This document shows positions 11,401 to 20,020 of a stretch of DNA of 64,000 bases, in pieces. The position numbers were made by a program, and so were the translations under genes. Origin of the DNA: a virus. Lineage: Duplodnaviria > Caudoviricetes. The stretch lies in the IMG/VR virus record IMGVR_UViG_3300027286_000002; one strand, 5' to 3'. Each line of letters opens with the position of its first letter. Position 1 is the stretch's first letter. The notes beneath the pieces were generated by a model. That model saw nothing but the letters and a program-made list of their open reading frames with translations, made no database searches and was not told where the DNA came from.

Positions 11401-11845
11401 GATTATTAATGCCTTCAGGAATGTCATCAGTAGAATTGATATTAGCTGGATCAACAAGACCAAGTAAATTTATTTGTGGATTAGGATCTTCAACAAGACC
11501 TTGATTAACAGGCATAGCAGTAATATAAGGTGTCCAATAGGTATTGATAGATCGTTTATAGCATTTCAATTCCATTTCAGTTTGATCATCTAAAGTGAAA
11601 TTGTAAACCAAGCTACCATGTATGTTTTCAGGTTTATAAGATTTGCCATTAATCATACCAATGGTTTTTTGAGTATCATTTGGATAAGTGAATTTAAGAC
11701 CAATAGTGATCACACCACTTGCTTTAATTTTGATTGTGTTCTTTATAGATGATGCAGGTAAAACAAAAACACTGTCTGCAAAGACTAGGTATTCGGTATT
11801 TTCTTGTGCTTGTATTTCACCACCATTTAAAACTTCAATGATCAT
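5450..11845 (-). CDS. Large repetitive fibre-like virion protein (2131 aa)
   Basis: Repeated LxDLxDV, NLxxLxNxATARxNLGLG, TYTDEDARNAVGTAL and YSSTxYI...AIGKLD modules; rich in G/N/T/S. Confidence 0.7.
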   Translation of the reverse strand: MIIEVLNGGEIQAQENTEYLVFADSVFVLPASSIKNTIKIKASGVITIGLKFTYPNDTQKTIGMINGKSYKPENIHGSLVYNFTLDDQTEMELKCYKRSINTYWTPYITAMPVNQGLVEDPNPQINLLGLVDPANINSTDDIPEGINNLYFTDQRARDAFSAEAPITLVDGEIGTTLTQYTDEDARNAVGTALQTGNHTGISFVNANAQDKINATVSLSPFSIGNLGDVQLGGIALQNNHFLKYNGSKWINSTLSSTNLSDINTLMKKSDNLAGLTNLTTARTNLGLGSASTSNANDFLLVGTGLGSLGDVTLVNVQSKNVLSYDNATGRWTNRAITSSDIPDINRIYAPINNPIFTGTAKSSEPLANSNDNTIATTGWVRFVIQQAGGGGGGATSLNDLTDVQIGALQIGQVLRYDGNKFVNAKIAFTDLTGTDGLLKKNENLSGLTNLAQARSNLGLGTASTLNESDVLTKNSPLSDLSDVSFVNLENKDVIQYDVITNQWTNAPLKASDIQGLNGIYAPINSPAFTGLPTAPAPANNSNSVQIATTAWVKARIAEGGGGGGGATSLDQLTDVAIDDLTQAIGQTLRFNGVQYVNAKLASTDLSDTASILLKSGNLAGLNNLATARNNLGLGTSAILDTGTLANQVLKFTVNNTLPALSGVNLTALGSINLLSDVDTATNAPANGQFLSWNGTNWIPADGSSVGSINDLSDVDITGIVNGQFLKWNGTTFVDHTLVVSDLSDANTLASQTELDTTQSSLGLNANGSRPVYSSTNFILNTDTHNSALGKLDTQLNTTTNNLSSAQSELDTVESSVGLNANGTKPNYSSTNYILNADSIRVAVGKLDTQLNTTTSDLSSAQTEINTVETSVGLNANGTKSNYSSTHYIANVDSHHTAIGKLDAQLDTINSNLSSSQTDITNIQTDISNLQDELDTTQSSVGLNVDGSLPNYNTNNYLTNGHSHHTSLSDLDVAISNIENSLGTASTYDIGTANDHIPLAQDVALLGRNINTFTGSIKIAGDGSQSLSLFNGIFPLFTVSGNGNVLTEGTLQVSGTSNLSNIVLQPASTISNLLGGQVSFGVHGITTTGNINAHDITGSGILAGNSLTITTTSSLGTASATSPLAGNSSTRVATTEWVLNEISTATNTIDNLADVVLTDPVNTEFLMYDGNNWINSAINANMISGLGTVAFLNTTDVLLVANNLSDLNNTATARTNLGLGNSATRDAGTLAGNVLLVSVNNTLPAMSGVNLTGVLKTTQLGAINGVASLNADGKLTASQLPAITFTSVTVVANEGDKPAPAPENNGQVYIVTGTSKTYISDGTQWLELLGAAELAVAQAQDEIDTMENAIGLNTNGQFIPFVDTNYLNLAESITEGLTLLDTELGNVNNTLNSLGTASLLDDTDIFLVANAFSEIAGNNVAKANARTNLGLGSASTRDAGILAGNVLLLDNTGAIDPSILNLATSIGGINIGDILTNTSNITALIDVPTLQASLTLASTDLTDSDNLPRLDALLNAFEGELNASSLEVVGQIAGDTLQIVTSSNLAEAYASVPLVNDDSFRVPTTSWVNGAISNGLGSLSFADLSDVNIAGILDGQLIRWDDATGKFVAFTLSIEDLSDLNLLATDEELSTVETSVGLNADGSLPNYSSTHYILNTDSHHVAIGKLDAQIQANSSSLDLLGTASLLDEEDVFLVANAFSEIALNNLAKTNARSNLGLSIGSDVQAYDNTLAGLASVATSADTLIYANGIDSFTTTAFTEFGRSIIGGADANAIITILGLGTSATLDVGTNNGDVVQLGVNGLPAVSGANLTALGSINTLSDVDTSGGIDVGQILVWNGTNFIPSDTPATYTDEDARNAVGTALANGEHTAGVTFTNNNINDRIDLTIQLSSEQLSDSANIDLLDADQTITGNKTFTGDLDFTGSTSVLVNTDLGANGDEVANASFVRALINLAGGVTQLDDLTDVTINALSKTEGQTLRVDGTGQFVNSELAIADLSDVDLTLNGDGKTLIWDGNVNKFVSSDFPSTYTDEQARNAVGTALENGTHSGISFVNDNLNNVINALVSISSSNIDLNELITALNLGTAAFANIGSNEGDVPVFGADGLLVGVQTWDFGSIADEPIEASLDHGFIV

Positions 11846-11896
11846 TCTATGCTCCTCTGTGATTATATAAAGAGCAAAAATGATTTAATAAATATG

Positions 11897-11925
11897 AAAA
11901 AAGCCACCTATGGAAAGGTGGCTTT
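11897..11925 (-). terminator. Rho-independent terminator
   Basis: Stem AAAGCCACCT / AGGTGGCTTT with 6-nt loop, flanked by an A6 tract (U-tract on minus strand), downstream of 11963-12355. Confidence 0.7.
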
Positions 11926-11962
11926 CTGTGATTGAGTGTGTGCAGTTAAAGGTTTAAGAGAT

Positions 11963-12355
11963 TTATTTCAATCCCAAACTTTCTCTAAGTGATTGAAATT
12001 CACTTATGATCAAATTTGGATTTTCCATAAAATCTTCCCATTTGTATCTGGATTGGAAATCTTCTAAGTTTTCGCCATCACATCCACGAATTGAAAGATG
12101 ATATCCAATGTAGATGTTGTGGTTTTCATAAACACCAATGTCATATTTATCATTTCTACCTGCAAGGATGCAGTTTTCATAGTGTTGATAAAAACTACCT
12201 ACTTTGATTTGGTTTTTGAGAGTAACTTTGCTGTCATTGAGTTTTTCACAAAGTAATGCTGTTGCTTGATCTAATTGATCATCATTCCATTCTTTGGATG
12301 CTTTGAGTTGGTCTATCATTTGAGATAAATCCTTTGTTTGAGTATTGTTTGTCAT
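11963..12355 (-). CDS. Hypothetical protein (probable early gene)
   Basis: Likely start MTNN after AAAGGA SD; promoter motif upstream. Confidence 0.6.
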   Translation of the reverse strand: MTNNTQTKDLSQMIDQLKASKEWNDDQLDQATALLCEKLNDSKVTLKNQIKVGSFYQHYENCILAGRNDKYDIGVYENHNIYIGYHLSIRGCDGENLEDFQSRYKWEDFMENPNLIISEFQSLRESLGLK

Positions 12356-12391
12356 TTTTTTTATTTCCTTTTGATTACTGACATTGTATAA

Positions 12392-12421
12392 AACACTTGA
12401 TGTAGAATAAAATTGCAAGTT
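12392..12421 (-). promoter_or_regulatory. Putative early promoter AACTTGCAA-N14-AAGTGTT
   Basis: Exact motif upstream of an SD and start codon. Confidence 0.75.
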
Positions 12422-12450
12422 CATAAAACTTTTTTAAAGGAAAAAATAAA

Positions 12451-12699
12451 ATGGAATTTAGAGTAGTGCAAACAACATTAGGTAATAGTCATGCAGGTAA
12501 AAAACTAAGATCTTTTATGGAAACTGTAAATCTTAATGAAAATCAGTTTTCCTATACATCAAAGTCTAGTCATGCTGGCAAAATTAAGATTTACGAATAT
12601 TCATGGTATGAAGAAAAAGGACATACACTTTTAGGCGAGTATCTTTATGATTTCATGCTAGAGAATGATACTCTTACTTTAAATAAGCACACCTGCTAA
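12451..12699 (+). CDS. Hypothetical protein
   Basis: AAAGGA SD before the ATG. Confidence 0.55.
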   Translation: MEFRVVQTTLGNSHAGKKLRSFMETVNLNENQFSYTSKSSHAGKIKIYEYSWYEEKGHTLLGEYLYDFMLENDTLTLNKHTC

Positions 12700-13262
12700 A
12701 TAGATTCTTGATTTACAATTTGCATAAACTCATCAGCTATTGCCTGTTGAGATGGTTTTACTAAACCTAAAATAATAAGAGTAAACATCTCAGCAAAAAA
12801 TTCCATATGGTTTTTTGCTCCATATTCACTTGGACAAGGAATATTTTCAAAAACATTACCTTTAAAGCAATATTGTGAACTCTTATATAGAGAGATCAAT
12901 GCTTTGTTTTTAAAACCACCAGCAATCATTTTATGATGGTATCTATGTCCATATTCATGAATGATACTTGGATATACAGGTTCATCACTTAAGCTATAAG
13001 AGAGTATATCTTTCACAGGATAATATGCAAAAGGTTCAGATGAGATAAGACCTTCATCATTTAATGCAGACCAATTGCCTACCATGACAGTAGAGTTTGT
13101 AAGTACTTTTTTAAAAGCTGATCTTTCTATTTTTTTGATAGCAAAAAACAATTGAGATTTCAAAGCTAATACTTTAGGTGTTGTAATCTGTGATAAAAAG
13201 TTAATATTGATGCCATGTAAAGTAATCGTAGCATCCATTTTTGTTTCTAAAGGTAATGTCAT
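12696..13262 (-). CDS. Zincin-type zinc metallopeptidase (paralogue 2, minimal)
   Basis: IIHEYGHRYHH ... CPSEYGAKNHMEFFAEM. Confidence 0.7.
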   Translation of the reverse strand: MTLPLETKMDATITLHGININFLSQITTPKVLALKSQLFFAIKKIERSAFKKVLTNSTVMVGNWSALNDEGLISSEPFAYYPVKDILSYSLSDEPVYPSIIHEYGHRYHHKMIAGGFKNKALISLYKSSQYCFKGNVFENIPCPSEYGAKNHMEFFAEMFTLIILGLVKPSQQAIADEFMQIVNQESI

Positions 13263-13309
13263 TTTCTTATCCTTTGGTTTTATTTATAGATAAGAAAGAT
13301 ATAAAATGA

Positions 13310-14617
13310 TTATTTAGATTCTTGATTTACAAGTTGCATAAACTTATCTGCTATAATTTTTTGAGAAGGTTTCACTTTACCTAAAACAATAAGAGTAAAC
13401 ATTTCTGCAAAAAATTCTTGTACATTTTTTGCTCCATATTGAGATGGACAAGTTATTAGTTTAAGAATGTCTTTCTTTTCAAATTCTTTAATATCACCTG
13501 TAGAGTTAGTGTATGTATATGTATTTTTAAAAATATTTGTTAAAACATAATCATCAGATGACATTCTAACAGTCCACCAATTTTCCCTTAAATTGGATAG
13601 TGGATCACCTATTTTAGGTAATTGGTCTAAATAACATTGCTCTTTAGATTTGATTGCCTCTTGATATAAATCCTTAAAGTCAAAATTATAATATCCACCT
13701 TTAATAAATCGAGAATGATACCTGTGACCAAATTCATGAATCAAAGTAATAAAAGGATCTTTATCTTCTGTATCACTCTTACCTTCTTTATTAATAAAAT
13801 AAGTGATTTTGTCCTGTGACCAATAAAGAGCAATTACTCTTCTGCCTGAGTATGATAAACCTGCTTTAGATAAGTCAGGTTTTGTACCTATTAAGATTTC
13901 AGAATTTGTTAACACTTTTTTAAATGGTGAGTTTTTAATATAATTTATCGTTTTGTAGATAGCACCACGATATTCCAAAACAACACTTTTTGTCACAGGT
14001 GAAAGAAAGGTAGAAGTGATATTTTCATTTTGAATTACTGTTGCTAATTCTTCTGTATTCAAACCTTCAAAAGTTGTTGCAGGTAATTCAACACTTTCTA
14101 GAGTTGTTGCAGGTGTTGAATTACCTGCTAGAGTAGTATCTTCAACTTTAATTTCACTAATTGCTTTTTGACTAGCTGAAAAATAATCAAAAAATTTTGA
14201 GTATGGTGTTCCATTTTCTCTAATCTTTCGCATTTGATCAGAGATCATATTCTTTAATTGAATATGACTTGTATCAGGAATAGTTTTAGTACCATGCTCT
14301 AAAGACAAAAGATATCTTTTAAAATTTACAAGTGGTCGCAATGGTTTTTTTAAAAAAAGGTTTTGTTGATGTGCATCTATAAATGCTATGATTGCATCTG
14401 TTACAGTCATATTTGATTGCATTAGCAGATCATAAAATTCAGTAATTTCTAAAAATCTTTTGCCATTCATAATGATGTTTTGTACATCAGGTGTATCTAG
14501 ATAAAAATTACTCATGGGTATATTTGATCGTACAGTTCTTATTTCAGCAATAAGTTCCATTATTTCGCTTAACATTGGATCAATATACTGCTCTTTGTAC
14601 TCAGCCTGTGTTGTCAT
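13310..14617 (-). CDS. Zincin-type zinc metallopeptidase (paralogue 3)
   Basis: LIHEFGHRYH ... CPSQYGAKNVQEFFAEM. Confidence 0.7.
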   Translation of the reverse strand: MTTQAEYKEQYIDPMLSEIMELIAEIRTVRSNIPMSNFYLDTPDVQNIIMNGKRFLEITEFYDLLMQSNMTVTDAIIAFIDAHQQNLFLKKPLRPLVNFKRYLLSLEHGTKTIPDTSHIQLKNMISDQMRKIRENGTPYSKFFDYFSASQKAISEIKVEDTTLAGNSTPATTLESVELPATTFEGLNTEELATVIQNENITSTFLSPVTKSVVLEYRGAIYKTINYIKNSPFKKVLTNSEILIGTKPDLSKAGLSYSGRRVIALYWSQDKITYFINKEGKSDTEDKDPFITLIHEFGHRYHSRFIKGGYYNFDFKDLYQEAIKSKEQCYLDQLPKIGDPLSNLRENWWTVRMSSDDYVLTNIFKNTYTYTNSTGDIKEFEKKDILKLITCPSQYGAKNVQEFFAEMFTLIVLGKVKPSQKIIADKFMQLVNQESK

Positions 14618-14632
14618 TTTTCATGTCCTTTC

Positions 14633-15712
14633 TTATTTAGACTCTTGTTCTACAATTTGCATAAACTTATCTGCTAGTATCTTTTGAGAAGGTTTCACTA
14701 ATCCTAAAATGATCAGTGTTACCATTTCAGCAAAAAACTCTTCTACATTTTTAGCACCATATTTAGATGGACAGGTAATTCTTTTAAGAATAGATGCTCT
14801 ATTAAATTCAAGAACATTTCCCTGATCAGAAATATAGGTGTAAATATCATTTTCGATTTTAGATAAAACATAATTTTCAGAACCCATTTTAACATTCCAC
14901 CAATCTTCTCTTAAATTAGACAGTGGATCACCTATCTTAGGTAATTGGTCTATATAACACTGCTCTTGAGATACCATTGCTTTGGTATATAAATCTATAA
15001 TGCTTTGGTTCTTATATCCATTGATCATTTGAGTATAATGATACCTATGTCCAAACTCATGTATTAAAGATTGGTAAGGTGGTCGATCACCACTTTTACT
15101 TTCACCTTTAGAATCTATGATATATGTAATATGATCTAAAAGTCGATAATATGATGCCACTGCTTCAGGATCAGAAATTCTAAATCCTTCGTTTTTTAAT
15201 GCAGGTATTGTTCCTATTGACACGGAAGAATTTAAAAGTGCTTTCTTAAATGGTGAGTTTTCGATCTTTTTAAGTGCTAAATGGATTTGAGTTTTTAAAC
15301 TCATGACTTTATCTTTTTTCACAGAAGATAAAATAGTAAAACTCGTATTATGTAAAATCAAAGTCGCTACCATTTCTTCTTCAGGTACATTTTCAAAAAC
15401 AACAATATCTTCAAAAGTAGTGTCCTCAAGTTTAATATTCTCTACTTCTTTTTTTACTTTATTTAGAAGTTTTATAACTCTACTACTTAATTCATAATCA
15501 GGCATATTTCCATCTACTGCTTTTAAATAAGCATCTACTTCCACAATTGAAGGTAGTGGTTTTTTCAATTTTAGTTGTGTTTGGTGACTACTGATAATCA
15601 GATTATAAAGAAAGTCATAAAGTCCCATATTGAAATAATTTAAAAAAGTTTTTAAATTACTAATAAATTTTGCCTTATACTCTTTATTATATTGCTCTTG
15701 ACTTATTGCCAT
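14633..15712 (-). CDS. Zincin-type zinc metallopeptidase (paralogue 4)
   Basis: LIHEFGHRYH ... CPSKYGAKNVEEFFAEM; 3' DNA near-identical to paralogue 3. Confidence 0.7.
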   Translation of the reverse strand: MAISQEQYNKEYKAKFISNLKTFLNYFNMGLYDFLYNLIISSHQTQLKLKKPLPSIVEVDAYLKAVDGNMPDYELSSRVIKLLNKVKKEVENIKLEDTTFEDIVVFENVPEEEMVATLILHNTSFTILSSVKKDKVMSLKTQIHLALKKIENSPFKKALLNSSVSIGTIPALKNEGFRISDPEAVASYYRLLDHITYIIDSKGESKSGDRPPYQSLIHEFGHRYHYTQMINGYKNQSIIDLYTKAMVSQEQCYIDQLPKIGDPLSNLREDWWNVKMGSENYVLSKIENDIYTYISDQGNVLEFNRASILKRITCPSKYGAKNVEEFFAEMVTLIILGLVKPSQKILADKFMQIVEQESK

Positions 15713-15770
15713 TTTACTCTGTCCTTACTCTTAATAAAGTTTCATACAGAATAAAAGTATAAAAGAAATA

Positions 15771-16028
15771 TCAATCTTCTATAAAGAAACCTTGTTGCTC
15801 AATCTCAATTATCAGTTTAGCTATCTTTATTGGATCTCTACCTTTTACTAATATCTTATCTTCCACCATCGTATATTCCACTTCCTTCGATTTTAAATAA
15901 GAAAAAAACTTTTCACCAAATGGTCTGTCCTTTGGATATATCGTAAATGAATATTCTCTTTGCATAGTCTTTTCAATCCATGCTTTAACTAAGTCTTTTG
16001 GGATGATTGTGTTTTTTTCTTCTGCCAT
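15771..16028 (-). CDS. Hypothetical protein
   Basis: Coupled to the upstream gene; normal ORF. Confidence 0.55.
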   Translation of the reverse strand: MAEEKNTIIPKDLVKAWIEKTMQREYSFTIYPKDRPFGEKFFSYLKSKEVEYTMVEDKILVKGRDPIKIAKLIIEIEQQGFFIED

Positions 16029-16029
16029 T

Positions 16030-16593
16030 TCAATATATCGCTTTATATCCTGATTCTTGTTTATGTGTTCCTCTTAATAATGAAATGTTATCTTTGATAT
16101 AAGATAGATTGTCATATATATCTTTTAAATCAGGAATGTGTTTCATTTCATTTAAAGATTTGATTAAAGTATATCTCACTTTACCTTGTGTTTCACCAAT
16201 AAGAGTAGCTACTCTTGATTGACTAGACCATAGATAAATATACACAAGGATTGTTAAAGTTCTACCTGTGTAATATTGAGATAGCCTTTCTTCTAATTCT
16301 TCTTTAGTAAATTTAGTAATGCGAACCATTTTAGATAAACGATCTATACTTTTCTGTATGCGATAATGAATATTAGGCTGTGTAAATCCAAAGATTTTTC
16401 CTAACACTGCTTGTGGAATACCTTTAAGAAAAAGTTCTATAATATCTGCCTCTAATGGACTTATTAAATCCAGCTGTTCTAAAACTATCTTAAATTTTTC
16501 TTCATCTTCTTCAGACATTTCTTTTTGAATAGCAATGTTATCAAAGAAAGAATCTTTATCGGAAAAAAGACTTTCCATTAATCGTGGGTCCAT
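16030..16593 (-). CDS. Sigma-70 region 4-like double HTH protein (putative transcription factor)
   Basis: ISPLEADIIELFLKGIPQAVLGKIFGFTQPNIHYRI and a second HTH SQSRVATLIGETQGKVRY. Confidence 0.5.
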   Translation of the reverse strand: MDPRLMESLFSDKDSFFDNIAIQKEMSEEDEEKFKIVLEQLDLISPLEADIIELFLKGIPQAVLGKIFGFTQPNIHYRIQKSIDRLSKMVRITKFTKEELEERLSQYYTGRTLTILVYIYLWSSQSRVATLIGETQGKVRYTLIKSLNEMKHIPDLKDIYDNLSYIKDNISLLRGTHKQESGYKAIY

Positions 16594-16597
16594 ATGT

Positions 16598-17236
16598 TTA
16601 CTCCAAACAGAAATTATCTAATAAAGTTAAGATCTCAATCGATCTCATTTTGATCATCACAATATAATATTGAACATCATCATTAAGCTGTGTATTTTTT
16701 TTGCTTTTGGTTATCCTGCATCCATTCTCAATCCATTTGCGAACCATTGCTTTTCTTAATTCTAAAACATCAGGTTTTGGATAAGGAAACCAACTTTCAT
16801 CTGCAATATTTAATATGTCTATGATCTCACATTCCATACCTGTGAAATCACCATCTTTAATAGTAACTTTACTGCCTACCTTAAACTTGCCACCTTTATC
16901 ACTAGCTGTCTTTACCATTGCTTTTAAATCATTATCGGTAATCACACCACTGCCTGTTAATCCAGATCTTTCTTCATATTCACTAACTATTCTATAAACA
17001 TAAGATGTTCGTGTAAGCGAGTAATAATTATTAAAAGGATAACAACTTTTAATAAAAATGTATCCCTCTAAAAGATTTGTTGAACATTCACCTGTTTTTA
17101 TGATAGGTATAAAAACATCTGTTGGTTTAAATCTATTGTTTCTACAGATCAAAGAAAGTAGATTGCCATGTCTAGCTTCATCTTCACCTTTTTCTGTGAG
17201 TTCTAAGATCACCCAAGTATCTTCTTTTAATGCCAT
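16598..17236 (-). CDS. nusG: NusG-family transcription elongation/antitermination factor
   Basis: NGN-like WVILELT...VFIP...LLEGYIFI and KOW motif FKVGSKVTIKDGDFTGMECEI. Confidence 0.7.
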   Translation of the reverse strand: MALKEDTWVILELTEKGEDEARHGNLLSLICRNNRFKPTDVFIPIIKTGECSTNLLEGYIFIKSCYPFNNYYSLTRTSYVYRIVSEYEERSGLTGSGVITDNDLKAMVKTASDKGGKFKVGSKVTIKDGDFTGMECEIIDILNIADESWFPYPKPDVLELRKAMVRKWIENGCRITKSKKNTQLNDDVQYYIVMIKMRSIEILTLLDNFCLE

Positions 17237-17255
17237 ATATACATACCTGTGGGAT

Positions 17256-18425
17256 TTATTTGTTTTTTACTTTATCCTTTACTATACTAAAAAAATCAGG
17301 CAAGTTTAGCTTTTCTACCTTTTTTTCAACAATATTATTTTTTTCTTCCACCATAACTTCATTTTTACTAGCTTTGAAGCCTATTTTCCATTTCATTATA
17401 TCACAAATTAACATTGCATTCGTTGGTCTTATAGGTTTTGATGCTAGTTCATCAGCTAATTGTAACAAGGTATTCCCATTCTTTAACCATGCCTGTCTTA
17501 AAATATCCATATTCCAATATGGTGGTACATTCATCAATCCTAAACCTATATTGATTGCTAACATACTTGCTTCTATTAAACGATCATAAGCAACACCAAC
17601 AGGTGTACTTTCTAAAATCTTACTTAATAATTCACTTGCTTGTCTAGCATCTGCATTTAAAACACTTGCTAACAAGTCATTTCTATCTATATGTAAATAA
17701 GATCTGACTGCTTTCATATCAATATGCTTATTAAAACCTGATGAAATACCTTCCACTGCTTTTAAAGCATCTCTAATGTGAAACTCCGTGATATTTGCTA
17801 TTAACTTTAAAGCATCATACTCATAAGTAATCCCTTCTTTATCGCATACATAAACAAGACGATTTGCTATCTGTTCATCACTAGCAGGTTTAATAATGAA
17901 AGACATTGCTCTTGATAAAATGGTTTGTCTTAATTTTTGAATTTCAGTAGTACAGAAAATACACACTAGCTTTTTCTCTAAGCTATTTGGTCGATTATCT
18001 TCTAATGATTTTAAAAGCAAATCCAAAGACTGTGTGGATAAAGCATGGGCTTCATCAAAGCAATATAACCTTCTTCTGCCACTAAAGGTAGTGTAGTCAA
18101 TTTCCTCTAAAACTTTCTTTAAATCTTCTTTACCTGAATTGGTTGCACTATCTACTTCTATATATGAATCAGAAGTACCTTCAATCATAGATATGCAGGA
18201 ATAGCATTTATCACAGGCTTCACCATTGATAGGTGATTCACATAATAAAGCACGAGCAAGGATTCTAGCAGTGGTCGTTTTACCTGTACCATAACCACCA
18301 CTGAAAACATAGCTGGATGTCCAACCTTTGCCATTTGAAACTACACCTTTTAAGACTTGTACAATAGGTTCTTGACCAATTAAGTCTTGATAGGTTTTTG
18401 GTCTATATTTGGTATCAAAAGACAT
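17256..18425 (-). CDS. dnaX: DNA polymerase III gamma/tau-like clamp loader subunit
   Basis: KYRPKTYQDLIGQE, Walker A GGYGTGKTT, zinc motif CES...CDKCYSC, DEAH, SRA; probable start MSFDTK. Confidence 0.9.
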   Translation of the reverse strand: MSFDTKYRPKTYQDLIGQEPIVQVLKGVVSNGKGWTSSYVFSGGYGTGKTTTARILARALLCESPINGEACDKCYSCISMIEGTSDSYIEVDSATNSGKEDLKKVLEEIDYTTFSGRRRLYCFDEAHALSTQSLDLLLKSLEDNRPNSLEKKLVCIFCTTEIQKLRQTILSRAMSFIIKPASDEQIANRLVYVCDKEGITYEYDALKLIANITEFHIRDALKAVEGISSGFNKHIDMKAVRSYLHIDRNDLLASVLNADARQASELLSKILESTPVGVAYDRLIEASMLAINIGLGLMNVPPYWNMDILRQAWLKNGNTLLQLADELASKPIRPTNAMLICDIMKWKIGFKASKNEVMVEEKNNIVEKKVEKLNLPDFFSIVKDKVKNK

Positions 18426-18426
18426 C

Positions 18427-18669
18427 TTATTTCTTATCCTCAAAGATGAATTGACGAGTTGCTCTCATTAAAGCAAAGCAAATGAAGAAAAACATAGCAA
18501 CAGGAAATTCTTTAATCATAGATAATAGGATGATAAAGATAGAGATGGAAAAGACAGCGAAATAAAAAAGACTAGCTTTTAAATCCTTTTGCAATTCATC
18601 TTTATTGTTATATGTGTTTAAGATAACAAAGATGAAATATAAGATAATGTCAATATGAAAGATTGTCAT
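18427..18669 (-). CDS. Small membrane protein
   Basis: Hydrophobic segments; AAAGGA SD. Confidence 0.5.
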   Translation of the reverse strand: MTIFHIDIILYFIFVILNTYNNKDELQKDLKASLFYFAVFSISIFIILLSMIKEFPVAMFFFICFALMRATRQFIFEDKK

Positions 18670-18740
18670 TTATGTTTTCCTTTAAGTGAAGTTAAATGTT
18701 TTTATACAAGTCTTATAAGATTTAAAAGATTTTTTCATTG

Positions 18741-18770
18741 AACTTGCAACAAAACTAAATTTTAAGTGTT
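18741..18770 (+). promoter_or_regulatory. Putative early promoter
   Basis: AACTTGCAA-N14-AAGTGTT. Confidence 0.75.
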
Positions 18771-18801
18771 TAGACAGCAACTCAAACAAAAGGATAACCA
18801 A

Positions 18802-19122
18802 ATGACTATTCAAGTCGAACATCCAAATCCACAAATGACTGTTCAAAGTTATTTCCACCACCTAATCGAAACCTATAATTTTGAAAAGGTACATGAAGAT
18901 TACTACCTAAGCATGAAAGGTAAATCTAAAGGTTGCACTATTCAATTCATCAATGATGAAATGATCATGGTAAATCATAAGTACATGGTGATTGGCAAAC
19001 AAGATTTGTTTCATACACCTTTAACAATCATCCAAATCAATAGAGATGGTTCAACAGAACAAAAGTTTTGCAGTTCAAGACCACATCACTTATGTTTTAT
19101 GATCGAACTTATGTTTAAGTGA
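18802..19122 (+). CDS. Hypothetical protein (probable early gene)
   Basis: Promoter motif plus AAAGGA SD. Confidence 0.6.
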   Translation: MTIQVEHPNPQMTVQSYFHHLIETYNFEKVHEDYYLSMKGKSKGCTIQFINDEMIMVNHKYMVIGKQDLFHTPLTIIQINRDGSTEQKFCSSRPHHLCFMIELMFK

Positions 19123-19152
19123 ACTTGCAATAATAAACAAAGATAAAGTGTT
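19122..19152 (+). promoter_or_regulatory. Putative early promoter
   Basis: AACTTGCAA-N15-AAGTGTT. Confidence 0.7.
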
Positions 19153-19184
19153 TTATTTATGTAATCAAAAAAAGGAAAAACAAA

Positions 19185-19472
19185 ATGATTTACATAAATG
19201 ATACCTATGCAGATACTTTAATCACTAAACTTTCAAATGACTTGAAAGTTGCATCTGTTGAAATTGATTTTTTCACTTGTCATCTCAAATTTGATAGTCA
19301 TATTTTGACAATCAGATTTAATGAAAACACAGATGCAAGTGGTTGTAGTCAAAGATCAGAATTTTATCTTGATCACAAATTTTTAATCAATGGCATTAAA
19401 AATCCCTGTGATTTACAAGATGCAATGAATGATTCTTATGAGTGTCTTAAAGAAGTAAGATTTAGTCTTTAA
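19185..19472 (+). CDS. Hypothetical protein (probable early gene)
   Basis: Promoter motif plus AAAGGA SD. Confidence 0.6.
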   Translation: MIYINDTYADTLITKLSNDLKVASVEIDFFTCHLKFDSHILTIRFNENTDASGCSQRSEFYLDHKFLINGIKNPCDLQDAMNDSYECLKEVRFSL

Positions 19473-19608
19473 AGAAAGCAATATAACAAGTTGCATAAAG
19501 ACTAATTGTTGCTAAGGGATAATTTAGCAATAACCAGCCTGTTGCATAAAGAAAAATACTGCAAGCTGATAATAGGAAAAGAAAAAAGAGAAGTCGTTCA
19601 GAAAACAT
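19462..19608 (-). CDS. Small membrane protein
   Basis: Hydrophobic ORF directly after the MazG-like gene. Confidence 0.35.
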   Translation of the reverse strand: MFSERLLFFLFLLSACSIFLYATGWLLLNYPLATISLYATCYIAFFKD

Positions 19609-19612
19609 TTTT

Positions 19613-19951
19613 CTACCTATTATCACCACTGCCTTGAATAACACCACGATTTAAACGATCTAGTAGCTTATTCATGTTATATGTAGCAATATCTTCAAGA
19701 TTAATTCCAAGTTCATCTGCAAGTCTTGCTACATACCATAACACATCACCAATTTCTGCTTTCATATCTGCTTTGAAAGCATCATCCACAGGTCTGTTAT
19801 CTCTAATAACTTTTTTAACTTTATTTGCGATTTCACCTGCTTCACCTACTAAACCTAAAGTGCAGTAGTTCATCCCTTGTTCTTTTGGATACTTTGCAGT
19901 CAATGCTGTCTGTTGTTGGTATTCATTAAAGTTCATCTTAAAAAACTCCAT
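19613..19951 (-). CDS. mazG: MazG-like nucleotide pyrophosphohydrolase
   Basis: LGLVGEAGEIANKVKK ... EIGDVLWY ... GSGDNR. Confidence 0.85.
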   Translation of the reverse strand: MEFFKMNFNEYQQQTALTAKYPKEQGMNYCTLGLVGEAGEIANKVKKVIRDNRPVDDAFKADMKAEIGDVLWYVARLADELGINLEDIATYNMNKLLDRLNRGVIQGSGDNR

Positions 19952-20020
19952 TTGTGAAAAAAACTTCGTAAACTTAATACAAGAAACTTATAAGATTCTT
20001 GCAACTGAAAGGCAAAAAAA

